From an uncultured Bacteroidota bacterium (GTDB taxonomy: Bacteria; Bacteroidota; Bacteroidia; Bacteroidales; P3), in NCBI GenBank assembly GCA_902777005.1, contig CACYSB010000003.1, positions 10,614-74,613 on the forward strand: 64,000 bases of DNA, written 5' to 3'. This document shows positions 8,063 to 17,573 of this stretch, one piece after another. Each line of letters begins with the position of its first letter. Positions within the stretch are counted from its first letter, which is position 1. A program made the translations under genes and the position numbers. The notes under the pieces are model-generated. The model ran no database searches and was not told where the DNA came from. It saw only the letters and a list, made by a program, of their open reading frames with translations.

Positions 8063-9862
8063 CTATTCTGATATAATCACCCAATGACCACCTCTTTTGG
8101 CAGGCCCCTCTCTCTTTATCTGATTATTAAACTTAAGTTTGTTTATATGATTTTGTATGGCGGTAGTTGATATACCTATTCTTGAAGAGAGTTCTTTTTT
8201 GGTTATATAGGGGTTTTCTTGTATGAGTGACAGTATCGTTGATATTGTTAATTCAGAATCGTTTGGCCCATTAGACAACCCATTAGGCAACCCATTAGAC
8301 AACCCATTAGACAACCCATTAGACAACCCATTAGACAACCCATTAGACAACTCTTGGTGATTGAACTCAGTATTAATCTTGTATGTCGTCCCCCTTCCTT
8401 TGCCAGTAGGAATTAACAACTCTATACCCGTCAAGTATTTTAGTGTCTTTGCCACTTCCAGGGAGTTCTTTTCCATAAGTGTCTGAAGTCGCTGATTGGT
8501 CACCTCTTTCTCCACATAAGCCACCGATAGAGCCGATAGCGCATCACTGTCTAACTTGTTATATCCGTCGCCTAAAAAGTTATGCAAAAAAACCTCAACC
8601 TCTTTAGGGTACATGGAAATCATCCATAGTTTCAATTGGACTTCTTTCAGTTCGGTCACCTCATCCAAGTCGGGTTTTCGCCATTTCTCCGTTTTACAGG
8701 CATTGAGAATGGTAGGGAAACCTGAACCGAGGTTCTCACCATAACCAATCATCCGTAGCATATTCTGTATCCGAGGGTTCCTCGCCTTCGAACTTCCGCC
8801 TTCATAAATTTGAGCAACCGGAAGTTTCAAAGTTCCAGGGTTTCTAAAGCAGAAACATCCATCGTGTTTTTCGATTCTCAATATGCCACCAGATATGAAG
8901 AAATCAGCGTGAATGATACTGTTGGTAAAGGACTCGCGGATGGCTTTGTGTGCAGGTGTGTCATCGTCTCTTTGCATCCCTTCCAATCGGAATGGGCGTT
9001 TTAGGTCACTGGATAGCTTTACCAATACACGGCGGAAGAAATTATACAGGTTGTTTTCCCATGTTCCATCATAAGTCAACCGATCGCTATAACGCATATC
9101 ACCTTGCAAATCGGTCATATCTATATAGTCCATCCTGAAGTTTGAGAAACGCTCCCTTACAGATAGGCCTTTGCCAAACATCAGAAGTCCAGCGAGTGTC
9201 AGTCCCTCTTTTCCGGTGGCACGGTCTATTGTATAACCTCCGAGTTGTTTTAGAAATTCTTTGTCGTCCAGCTGATTGTACACATGCCCGATATTCCTGT
9301 TTTCAAACTCGTTCCTGTAACTCTTCAAGGTAGGCATGTCGATGTCATCCATCGTATAGTAGTCTATAAGATTCCCGTCGTTCCCGTCTTCATTGGCATC
9401 ACGTATCATGGCCTTGACTTCGCTCTCATCGCAATGATAGTCGCCCTCATGATTGCGCTTGAAAGTCCCCTTATACACATTGCCGTTGATATAGACAGGC
9501 TTATTACGATATATGGCTTGGGGTATATGGGCAACAAGCAACACAGTTGTATCATCATACTCTACAACTTGCACATCTTCATCTTTCAACAAATTGGAAC
9601 TTACCTTCTCGCTATTAATGGTATTCCAGAAGTCCTTCCGTTGGCGTTCCGCATGGTTGATGCCATAAATAGTGAAACGTTCGTCGAAAGTTTCAGCATT
9701 CAGATTCTCTTCGATACCTAGTATAATATAGCCCCCATTGGTGTTGGCAAATGCGGAATATGTTTCCCAGATAGACTTAGGGATACTATTTTCGGACCTT
9801 TTGCACTCCAACGTAATGCGTTCTCCGTAATTTAATAGTTCGTCTATAAATGTCTTGTCCAT
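8063..9862 (-). CDS. AlbA_2 (Schlafen-like divergent AAA) / HATPase_c_4 / C-terminal wHTH protein
   Basis: ECKRSENSIPKSIWETYSAFANTNGGYIILGIEE is AlbA_2-type. FTNSIIHADF is HATPase_c_4-type. The C-terminal wHTH is ITKKELSSRIGISTTAIQNHINKL. Confidence 0.7.
   Translation of the reverse strand: MDKTFIDELLNYGERITLECKRSENSIPKSIWETYSAFANTNGGYIILGIEENLNAETFDERFTIYGINHAERQRKDFWNTINSEKVSSNLLKDEDVQVVEYDDTTVLLVAHIPQAIYRNKPVYINGNVYKGTFKRNHEGDYHCDESEVKAMIRDANEDGNDGNLIDYYTMDDIDMPTLKSYRNEFENRNIGHVYNQLDDKEFLKQLGGYTIDRATGKEGLTLAGLLMFGKGLSVRERFSNFRMDYIDMTDLQGDMRYSDRLTYDGTWENNLYNFFRRVLVKLSSDLKRPFRLEGMQRDDDTPAHKAIRESFTNSIIHADFFISGGILRIEKHDGCFCFRNPGTLKLPVAQIYEGGSSKARNPRIQNMLRMIGYGENLGSGFPTILNACKTEKWRKPDLDEVTELKEVQLKLWMISMYPKEVEVFLHNFLGDGYNKLDSDALSALSVAYVEKEVTNQRLQTLMEKNSLEVAKTLKYLTGIELLIPTGKGRGTTYKINTEFNHQELSNGLSNGLSNGLSNGLSNGLPNGLSNGPNDSELTISTILSLIQENPYITKKELSSRIGISTTAIQNHINKLKFNNQIKREGPAKRGGHWVIISE
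8267..8350 (-). repeat. 7 tandem copies of a 12-bp unit (CCCATTAGACAA on +) encoding (LSNG)x7 linker
   Basis: Read directly. One copy has G for A (8279-8290). The array is in frame and lies between the HATPase_c_4 and wHTH domains. Confidence 0.95.
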
Positions 9863-9864
9863 AA

Positions 9865-10002
9865 TTATATGTTTTTCTCCTTACGACTTGCCTTACAATA
9901 GTCACCTGCACTCCTTGTCATATTATATTCGCCCGACTCCCTGTCTTGCAGCAACTGCTCCAAGACAGGTTGCAAGTCTTCGTATTCGTAGATTCGCTTC
10001 AT
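9865..10002 (-). CDS. possible 45-aa ORF (MKRIYEYEDLQPVLEQLLQDRESGEYNMTRSAGDYCKASRKEKNI)
   Basis: Own translation, below the track threshold. Its stop is 5 nt before the AlbA_2 ATG. It contains a 9-bp inverted repeat (9940-9948 / 9961-9969). Coding status is uncertain. Confidence 0.2.
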   Translation of the reverse strand: MKRIYEYEDLQPVLEQLLQDRESGEYNMTRSAGDYCKASRKEKNI

Positions 10003-10088
10003 AACCAAATTATTCTTTCTCAACTTGTTTTTCTATACAAACAACAGTCTCGGTCTTGTATTGTTATATTTTGAATTTATCCCATGCT

Positions 10089-10124
10089 TTATTTAGACAA
10101 CCTATTAGACGACCCATTAACAAA
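10089..10124 (-). repeat. degenerate copies of the same 12-mer (scar)
   Basis: TTATTTAGACAA, CCTATTAGACGA and CCCATTAACAAA compared with CCCATTAGACAA. Lies in the intergenic gap. Confidence 0.5.
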
Positions 10125-10173
10125 CGCCCGATTATTAAGACTAATTATTCTCATTTTCAAACCTTTAAATGCA

Positions 10174-11126
10174 TCAAAACATTGTTTCAACCAAGGGAGT
10201 TGTGACTTCTCCATTTCCAATAAAATGTAGAGTCATGGTAATTAGTGATAAACATCTATTATAAAAATAGTCATAGTATCTATCATCTGTAATGTCAACC
10301 TTGTCAGTTTCATGATGCCTTATTCTAAATTTATTGCCTATATCTGTAAGAGCCTTATATTCCGTGTTAAATAGTACCTGAAATTCAGCACTTCCATTAG
10401 ATATTGCAGTGATTAACATTTCCGAAGAACGCTTTTTGTCTATTCCATCCGCAACATAGATAGTTTTGATTCTCTCTAAAGCATCCCATATTTTTCAGTA
10501 GCTATCTTATGGTTTGCAGGGTATGGGCTTTTGTAAAAGGCTATAGATTCTTCGACTAATTCCCTCAGACCTGGTTCTTCAAAGCCAGATACAGTTTCCT
10601 GCGCCTCATTAACGATTGTGTCCATCTCAGTAATGCGTTCAATCTGCTTGTTCTCAGTCATCGTATAGGCTAAACCTGCCATTTGGAACACTTCATTTAA
10701 TCCGTTCCTAAAATCCAGAAACGCACTATTATCATCACTAAAAGACAAGTGATAATGTTGGAAATACTCATGATACTTCCCCTCTCTAACGGTCTTTACA
10801 TATCTTGCAATATACTCTATAAAATCAAGCAAAGCGTACTGCTGAGCCTCATTCGGTTCCACATATGGTACAATCTGAATTCCATCATATCCATCCGAAT
10901 AAAATAAATCGGGAATGCGAACGTGCACATATTGAAAAAACTTTTTCAAATCAACGCCACAAACAACCATATTATAGTCTGAACAATATTCAGGGAACAC
11001 ACTCGCAAGATTATTATAGTATCTACTACAGAAATCAACAATAATTTGATATTTGTCACGTGTAATTGTTGATGTAGAAATCACATTACTACGTAGATAA
11101 TGGCGTTCTGTGTACAATTCTTTCAT
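10174..11126 (-). pseudogene. frameshifted gene for a two-domain protein with a HEPN-like (AbiJ-type IRH motif) C-terminus
   Basis: ORFs 10476..11126 and 10174..10419 are contiguous. The downstream frame is open from 10494. One extra A in the A5 tract (T5 at 10491-10495 on +) fuses them: ...ATEK IWDALERIKTIYVADG...GNKFRIRHHETD... Confidence 0.6.
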
Positions 11127-11129
11127 AAC

Positions 11130-13127
11130 TTAGATGATTCTTCTGATTGTATCTTTACTGTATTCTTCCCAGATTTGTTCGAAGTTATCGGCGACTTGAT
11201 CGGTGGCGAGGCTGGCGTCGCGGAGGACGAAATAGTAGGGGTGCTGTTTGGCGATGGCTTTGATGGCGGTCTCGTTGACATCTTTGTCGAAGCAGGCCAT
11301 GAGGTAGCCTTCGGCAACATTCCAGACGGCCTTGCCTGCAATCTCTTGTTTCTCAATCTTGGCCGATAGTTCGATGCCCAGTTCTATCATCGCCTGGAAG
11401 AGCAGGTCTTCGTCCGTGCGGTCAGATTTGATATTGTCAGCAAATGCTTCCAGCTGTTTCCCGTCGAACTCCGCAGGGGTGTAGTAGACATCCTGCATAT
11501 TCGAGCTGTCGAGTTTCAGCACACGGAAACCCACATCCAGTTTCTTCTGCTCTCCGCTGAACAGGTCGCCCTGCTTGGCTTTCTGCTCTTCGAGAATCTT
11601 CTTGCCAGCACGACGGATACGCTCCTTGCCGAGCTCACATATATTCAAAGGGCGTTTTTTTATGCTTAAGAAATCAATTGCATTTTGTATTATTTCCTTT
11701 TGACTTTTACTCTTTGAACTCTCAAGTGCTTTTGTCAAATCCTCTTGTATTTGAACCAAAATAAATTTGACTTTATTCCTGTTTAAATCTATATTGTATT
11801 GCAATGCTGCTTCAGCAGAAGTTGCTGACCCAGAATAGAAATCAAGGATAATAAAGTCATTGTCATCATTATCATTGAATCCCATTAAATATTTCACCAA
11901 ACTTACCGGCTTCGGGAAATTAAATACTTTCTTATCAAATAGTTTAAGTTGATATTCTCCTGCGTTTTCATTAGTTCCAACCCCCACCTTGCTATTGATA
12001 AGATTTGTTGGTACCTCTGGTGCATACTCTGTTTTATCGTAGGAGGGGCTAAATTTCATTGTGGGAATATTGATAATGGTACCATTTTTTATCTCATTAT
12101 CAAGGTAAGACTGTTGCCATTTAAACTTTGCCCTCAAGGAAAAATCTTGAACAAATAAACCTTTCTTTACTTCAACATCATTAAGCAATTCTACATCGTA
12201 AGCATCTGTACCGTACATCCCAGCTGGTATTATCCCATCTGGAATATTTGTATGAACAACATTTGCCTTAAATTTTAATATGCCAACGGGATTAGGTTGA
12301 TTCAGCAAACCATTTGAACTTGACGAAGATTTTCTTATTCCTCTGAATTTCTTATCGTCTTTGTTCTTTTGGTAACACAATACATATTCTATGATTTGAC
12401 GACTCTTTATTGATAGGTTTTCAGGTGTTTCCGTTTTGGCCCAGTTATAGATATCAATAAATGATTTGGAACCAAAGACTTCATCACAAACTTTTTTTAG
12501 ATTTGAGACCTCGTTATCGTCTATAGAAATAAAGATAACGCCACCATCACAGAGTAAGTCCTTTGCTACTTTTAAACGAGGATAGATATTGTTCAACCAT
12601 TCGGTATGAAACCGTCCTTCAGTTTCTGTAATTTCATACATTCGATTGCCAGCATTGTCGTACTGCCCGCTATTGCAAACATACACTTCTTTATCTATCG
12701 AGAAGTCGTCTGGATAAATAAAATCCTTTCCAGTATTGTAAGGCGGGTCGATATAAATCATCTTCACCTTGCCCAGGTAGTTCTCGCGCAGCAGTTTCAG
12801 CACTTGCAAGTTGTCGCCCTCGATATAGAGGTTCTGCGTGTTGTCGAAGTCCACACTCTCCTCCCTACAGGGACGCAGGGTGTCGGTGGTGGGTGCATTG
12901 GCCAAGCGGATGGCGTTGCGTTTGTCGGGCCAAGTGAACTGATAGCGTTCTTCCGGACCTTCCACGATGTCCTTCGACAGTTCTTGCCGCAGCTGGTCGA
13001 AGTCGATAGCCACCTCCGGCCATCCGTTCTCGTCCAGCCGCTCCGTCAAACAGTTCGGGAACAACTCCCCAATACGTTTTATATTTTCATCCACCACATT
13101 GGCGGTCTGCATCTTCAGTTTCTCCAT
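11130..13127 (-). CDS. mod: Type III restriction-modification methyltransferase Mod subunit (N6-adenine, beta class)
   Basis: MIYIDPPYNTGKDF is motif IV. IILDFYSGSATSAEA is motif I. Motif IV precedes motif I. Confidence 0.9.
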   Translation of the reverse strand: MEKLKMQTANVVDENIKRIGELFPNCLTERLDENGWPEVAIDFDQLRQELSKDIVEGPEERYQFTWPDKRNAIRLANAPTTDTLRPCREESVDFDNTQNLYIEGDNLQVLKLLRENYLGKVKMIYIDPPYNTGKDFIYPDDFSIDKEVYVCNSGQYDNAGNRMYEITETEGRFHTEWLNNIYPRLKVAKDLLCDGGVIFISIDDNEVSNLKKVCDEVFGSKSFIDIYNWAKTETPENLSIKSRQIIEYVLCYQKNKDDKKFRGIRKSSSSSNGLLNQPNPVGILKFKANVVHTNIPDGIIPAGMYGTDAYDVELLNDVEVKKGLFVQDFSLRAKFKWQQSYLDNEIKNGTIINIPTMKFSPSYDKTEYAPEVPTNLINSKVGVGTNENAGEYQLKLFDKKVFNFPKPVSLVKYLMGFNDNDDNDFIILDFYSGSATSAEAALQYNIDLNRNKVKFILVQIQEDLTKALESSKSKSQKEIIQNAIDFLSIKKRPLNICELGKERIRRAGKKILEEQKAKQGDLFSGEQKKLDVGFRVLKLDSSNMQDVYYTPAEFDGKQLEAFADNIKSDRTDEDLLFQAMIELGIELSAKIEKQEIAGKAVWNVAEGYLMACFDKDVNETAIKAIAKQHPYYFVLRDASLATDQVADNFEQIWEEYSKDTIRRII

Positions 13128-13135
13128 AAGACAAC

Positions 13136-13414
13136 CTATAATAAATTTGCAACCAATTCAATCCAGAACTTACTATCTTCAAAGATTGACGGGTCTTTTA
13201 ACTTGGGATTCTCAAACAAATATGCCTTTGCTGTAGGAGTTAACCTGTAGTCGAGGTATCCTCCAAATTCACATTTAATTCCTTTGCCTAATCCGATATA
13301 TTCCAAATGCTCCAATTCTGCAAAGTCACTTGAACTGTTGTCCAACTTATAGTTCTTGGATGCTAATAAAACAATAATTTCTTTTTCTCTTTTTGTCAGA
13401 TGAACTTTGTCCAT
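13136..13414 (-). CDS. hypothetical 92-aa protein
   Basis: ATG start, tightly packed between the DUF4391 gene and mod. No recognisable motif. Confidence 0.5.
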   Translation of the reverse strand: MDKVHLTKREKEIIVLLASKNYKLDNSSSDFAELEHLEYIGLGKGIKCEFGGYLDYRLTPTAKAYLFENPKLKDPSIFEDSKFWIELVANLL

Positions 13415-13415
13415 A

Positions 13416-14016
13416 TTATATTTGTGCTTTTAATTTTACAAGTTCTTGGTGCAATTCATATTTCTTGTGCGTTTGTTTCTCCAACCGGCATTTCTTTTCG
13501 AGGACTTCAATCTGTCGGAGCAGCTTCTCTTTCTGTTCACGGTTGATTATCTGCTGTTCGATGGTTTCTTCCGAAGAGGCATCAAGGCTTCCAATGCTTG
13601 CCACAATGTTGTTCCATACATCATCGAGATTCAAACCTTGAAGATGAATAGCAGTTTCTTCCGTAGGCATCCAAGCCGACTGTTGCAGCCGGGTGTGGAA
13701 GATACAAAGTTGCGTTTTGTCTTCATGCTGCAAGGCAAATACGATATTCTGGGGTATCAACTTATGGAGCAAGAGAATGTTCTTTGGGTCATACTCCTTG
13801 CGCTTCAACACGACCTGCAAGACATATATGCCTTTTATTTCGTTTCCATCCGTCAGCGCTGGTACAGTCGCCGGAGAGATGCGAGCCACAAGAACCATCC
13901 TGCTAATGTCAGCATCGAACCGTTCACGCTCCGACGCCTTGAGATTGAATTTCTCAAAGACGGCCTTTTTCGATAGCGGCTGACTGATGGCGGTGGCAAC
14001 GGGTAGTCCAAACATA
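13416..14016 (-). CDS. DUF4391-like protein
   Basis: MFGLPVATAISQPLSKKAVFEKFNLKASERERFDADISRM... is recalled as the DUF4391 type that accompanies helicase/MTase/Res cassettes. Start at ATG 14016, since the track start is TTG. Confidence 0.5.
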
Positions 14017-14020
14017 GGTA

Positions 14021-17000
14021 TCACTTGATTACAAGGAAACAAATAAGTTCGAAGTCGTCCAAGCCCGAAATATGCTCTTTGAACAACTCACCCTGCACAC
14101 CATCAAGGAAACTGTCAATGTCCGATTTCTCCTTGACGTTGATAATTGAGTTAATGGCTTTGCTGAGCAAGTCAGAATACTTATCCATGCGTAGGCCGTC
14201 GCGGGTCTCTTTGTTGAAGGTGCTGCAGAGTTTTATGTCTGGCTGATCCATGGGCTTGCAGAGCAGTCGCATCTTGTCGAGGAGGTCCTTGGGGTGCAGG
14301 TGATCAACCATCACCTCGCCATCATCTTGGATGTAGACCATATAGAACGGGTGCAGCTGGTTCTTGTGGTCGATATTGACACCGGCGGTTCTGTTTTTCA
14401 GCACGAAGACTGTGCCCGCAGGCGCCTGCTCGTTGCCACGCACCACAGCATGAAGACCAAAGGGGGTATGTTCAATATCGTGGTTGCCCTGCATATATTC
14501 CAAGAGATCCAACCGGAACTCATTCAGGCCAAGGTCCATGATGCTGACACCTGTATTCATCTCTTCAAGGTCGACGACATCCTCTTTCAGACGTTCCAAC
14601 TGCCGACGGCGGTATTCGAGGTCGTCCTTCTCCTCGGGCGAGAGGAGATTGTCGTCGCCGGTGGCAGTCATCACGGTCACTTTCATGCGGGCTTCGACAC
14701 GACCTTTGAGGTTGATATACTCGTCGAGCGTCATATCGGGCCAATAGTTGACCAGCTGTATTTTTGTATTCTTGGAGCCTATACGGTCGATACGGCCGAA
14801 ACGCTGGATGATACGCACGGGATTCCAATGGATGTCGTAGTTGATAAGGAAGTCGCAGTCCTGCAGATTCTGACCCTCGCTGATGCAGTCGGTGGCGATT
14901 AGCACGTCAATCTCCTCGTGCAGATGAGGATAGACAGCGTCACGCTCCTTGGACACAGGAGAAAACAAGGTAAGCACCTTGTTGAAGTCAAGCCTTTCGC
15001 GTAGTTTCATAGTACTTCTGGCCTCCACGTCGCCGGTGACAAGAGCCACATTCAAGCCATACTTGGATTTGATGGCATCAGCCAGGTTTTTATACAGATA
15101 TTCTGCCGTGTCGGAGAAGGCCGTAAATACAAGTACCTTCTTGTTGCCATTGTTTATGGGAGTGACGAACTTAGACTGGAGATCCGCCACAAGCTGTTGC
15201 AACTTACTGTCATGCTCGGGGGTGATAGGCTCAAGTTGGGAGAGAAGGTTGTGGATGATATTGAGGTCAGCCTTAATTTCCTCCTGCCACGAGAGATAAT
15301 CCATATCCTCCAGCCGAATACGGTTCTTCTTCTTACCGATGGTGAAGTCCTGCTCGTCCTCGTCGGCATCCACACCCTCGTAGTCATCGACAGACACCAG
15401 CACGTCGCCCTGTCTGAATCTGGCTATTGTATCAAGGGTTTCCTGCATATAGTCGCGGATGCGGCCCAGGGTGAGTCGGAAGGAGTTGACAGAAGACTCC
15501 AATCGTTTCAGCAACTGCATATTCATCAGTCGCTGGATGCCGCGTTCGCGCTCCTCGATACTCAAGCGGTGGCCCGATGAGCCTTCTTCCTCCGTGTATT
15601 TCCACAGCTGGCTGGGTTGGATGAAGGCAGAAGGAGCATAGATAGCAAGATGAAGCAACTGCAATTGTTCGAATATCTCGTTGTAGTTGATGGCTGTATC
15701 GAGGTCGGTCAGATGAGGTTGACGTGAGATAGGTTTCAGTCGTTCGGGGAAAGTGCCGATGTCAGAAGTGTCGTAATATTGTTGGATGTGCTTGCGGCTG
15801 CGGGCGATGGTGACGGCATCGAGCAGACGGAAGAAATCGAAGTCAAGCATACGGAGCAGTCGCTCGGTGGTGCGTTCCTGCGGAGGCAGATTAGCCCACA
15901 TGTTATAAGCCCCTTGGGCTTGACGGAAGATGTCGTCGATGCCTTTATTGGTAGGCAACAACTGGTCGAAGGCTTTGGATTCCCCTTCGTAGGCCAGCTG
16001 CAGTTGGTTCTTGAGGTCGTTGAAGCGGTTGTTTACGGGTGTGGCCGAGAGCATCAGCACCTTTGTCTTCACACCAGAGCGGATGACCTTGTTCATCAAT
16101 CGTAGGTAGCGGTTGTCACGTGGATTCTCGCCATCCTCGTCGGTCGACACCTTGCCGCCGTTGCGGAAGTTGTGACTCTCGTCGATTACTACCAGGTCGT
16201 AGTTGCCCCAGTTGACACGCTCCAAGTCAAGGTCGTTGCTCTGCCCATGGTCACGGCTGAGGTCAGTATGATATAGCACATCGTAGTTCAGACGGTCTTT
16301 GGCCAAGGGGTTGTTGGTGTAATTCTGGCGGTAGGTGTTCCAGTTCTCATATAGTTTCTTAGGACATAGCACCAAAATGGTGCGGTTGCGGCTCTCGTAG
16401 TATTTGATGACAGAAAGGGCCGTAAACGTCTTACCGAGCCCCACGGAGTCGGCAAGGATGCAACCGTTGTACTTCTCCAGCTTGTTGATGATGGCCAAGG
16501 CGGCATCACGCTGGAAGTTGTAGAGTTTGTTCCAGATAATGGAGTTCTTGAATCCAGTAGCCTCATTGGGCAGCTCGTCCTCGCTGATGTCTTCTAGAAA
16601 CTCGTTGAAGATATTGTATAGAGCTACAAAGTAAAGGAACTCTGGAGCGTTCTCTTTATAGGCGTTTCCGATGCTATCGATGACTTCGTCAGTCACTACC
16701 TGCATACGGGATGAATCATTCCAAAGCTGGTTGAAGAGGTCGATATAAGCCTTCGAGAATGGAGCTTCGGACTTTTGAATCATAGTATAGGCATGATTCC
16801 CTTTCTCGCAGCCGAGGTCGACGGTTGTGAATCCGTCAAGCGGGGAATAACTATTGTCATCGAGCGTAATAAACCCCATCATCTGTTCGTTGGTACGATT
16901 GGATTTAAAACAGACCTTCTGACGAATCCACTCGGCACACTCGCGGGCAATAGCCTTTTGGGTTAGTTCATTACGGAGCTTCACCTCAAACTCAGAGCCA

Positions 17001-17320
17001 TATAAGGTACGTTCCCTGTCCAGACGAGGAATATAGAATTCCCGCTGTTGTTTGGGTGTTTTTTCGGTGGTGAAGGTTGGCGAGGTAAAGATGAAGCGCA
17101 GCTCCTTGATATCCTTTAGCGCCTCTTTCAACTCCTGATAGGCATAGATGGAGAAACAGGAGGCTGCTATCGAAAGACGACTATCCGGCTTGATTTGTTG
17201 CATCAAGTCGTCACGTAGGGTCTTGTTTATGTTGTTAATCAGCTCCATCGTGCGAAATGCGCCTTGAGGTTTGTGCTCCAAAGCCTCCAACGGAGCGGTT
17301 TTACCCAATAAGAAAGGCAT
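14021..17320 (-). CDS. SNF2-family helicase with N-terminal PLD-like (degenerate) domain
   Basis: Motif I is LADSVGLGKTFTAL, motif II LVVIDESHNFRN, motif III LMLSATPVNN, motif VI QRFGRIDRIGS. The N-terminus SIAASCFSIYAYQELKEALKDIKELRFIF is typical of this helicase class. An alternative start is at 17248. Confidence 0.85.
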   Translation of the reverse strand: MPFLLGKTAPLEALEHKPQGAFRTMELINNINKTLRDDLMQQIKPDSRLSIAASCFSIYAYQELKEALKDIKELRFIFTSPTFTTEKTPKQQREFYIPRLDRERTLYGSEFEVKLRNELTQKAIARECAEWIRQKVCFKSNRTNEQMMGFITLDDNSYSPLDGFTTVDLGCEKGNHAYTMIQKSEAPFSKAYIDLFNQLWNDSSRMQVVTDEVIDSIGNAYKENAPEFLYFVALYNIFNEFLEDISEDELPNEATGFKNSIIWNKLYNFQRDAALAIINKLEKYNGCILADSVGLGKTFTALSVIKYYESRNRTILVLCPKKLYENWNTYRQNYTNNPLAKDRLNYDVLYHTDLSRDHGQSNDLDLERVNWGNYDLVVIDESHNFRNGGKVSTDEDGENPRDNRYLRLMNKVIRSGVKTKVLMLSATPVNNRFNDLKNQLQLAYEGESKAFDQLLPTNKGIDDIFRQAQGAYNMWANLPPQERTTERLLRMLDFDFFRLLDAVTIARSRKHIQQYYDTSDIGTFPERLKPISRQPHLTDLDTAINYNEIFEQLQLLHLAIYAPSAFIQPSQLWKYTEEEGSSGHRLSIEERERGIQRLMNMQLLKRLESSVNSFRLTLGRIRDYMQETLDTIARFRQGDVLVSVDDYEGVDADEDEQDFTIGKKKNRIRLEDMDYLSWQEEIKADLNIIHNLLSQLEPITPEHDSKLQQLVADLQSKFVTPINNGNKKVLVFTAFSDTAEYLYKNLADAIKSKYGLNVALVTGDVEARSTMKLRERLDFNKVLTLFSPVSKERDAVYPHLHEEIDVLIATDCISEGQNLQDCDFLINYDIHWNPVRIIQRFGRIDRIGSKNTKIQLVNYWPDMTLDEYINLKGRVEARMKVTVMTATGDDNLLSPEEKDDLEYRRRQLERLKEDVVDLEEMNTGVSIMDLGLNEFRLDLLEYMQGNHDIEHTPFGLHAVVRGNEQAPAGTVFVLKNRTAGVNIDHKNQLHPFYMVYIQDDGEVMVDHLHPKDLLDKMRLLCKPMDQPDIKLCSTFNKETRDGLRMDKYSDLLSKAINSIINVKEKSDIDSFLDGVQGELFKEHISGLDDFELICFLVIK

Positions 17321-17565
17321 GAGACTTATGTGCTCATGTCCGTCTACTTGTGGGTTTCGGCTACCTCTGAAGGAACGGAATAAAAACCATCAGGCTTTTT
17401 CCATGGAACAAATTTCACGCCTGAAGGTATGCTGATGAGAATAGCATACACAACAAGCGAAAGCAAAATGCTCCGTCCTCCTTCATGAAATTTGCCGAAT
17501 TTACAAGTAGGGACAGTTATTAGCAATGCTTTTCTTGCAAAGCTTACAACGCGCGTAAGCAGTTG

Positions 17566-17573
17566 CAAAAGTA
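17566..17573 (-). promoter_or_regulatory. -7 promoter box (TACTTTTG) for the helicase/RM operon
   Basis: Reverse complement of caaaagta. It implies a leader of about 240 nt before the helicase ATG. Confidence 0.4.

Noticed and set aside
8267-8350. Possible CRISPR array (regular 12-bp repeats); also the 23-bp-period repeats at 19874-19940
   Set aside because: The repeats are contiguous with no unique spacers, the units are far too short or too few, and the first array lies in frame inside a coding sequence.
13128-13145. AGACAACCTAT word shared between the orf92/mod junction and the 12-mer scar at 10096-10106
   Set aside because: It is a single 11-nt match with no surrounding similarity, most simply explained by chance.
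17344-17568. 74-aa ORF in the leader of the helicase operon
   Set aside because: Its start codon is TTG and sits inside the predicted -7 promoter box, so it would not be on the transcript. It has no motifs. It is retained only as part of a long 5' leader.
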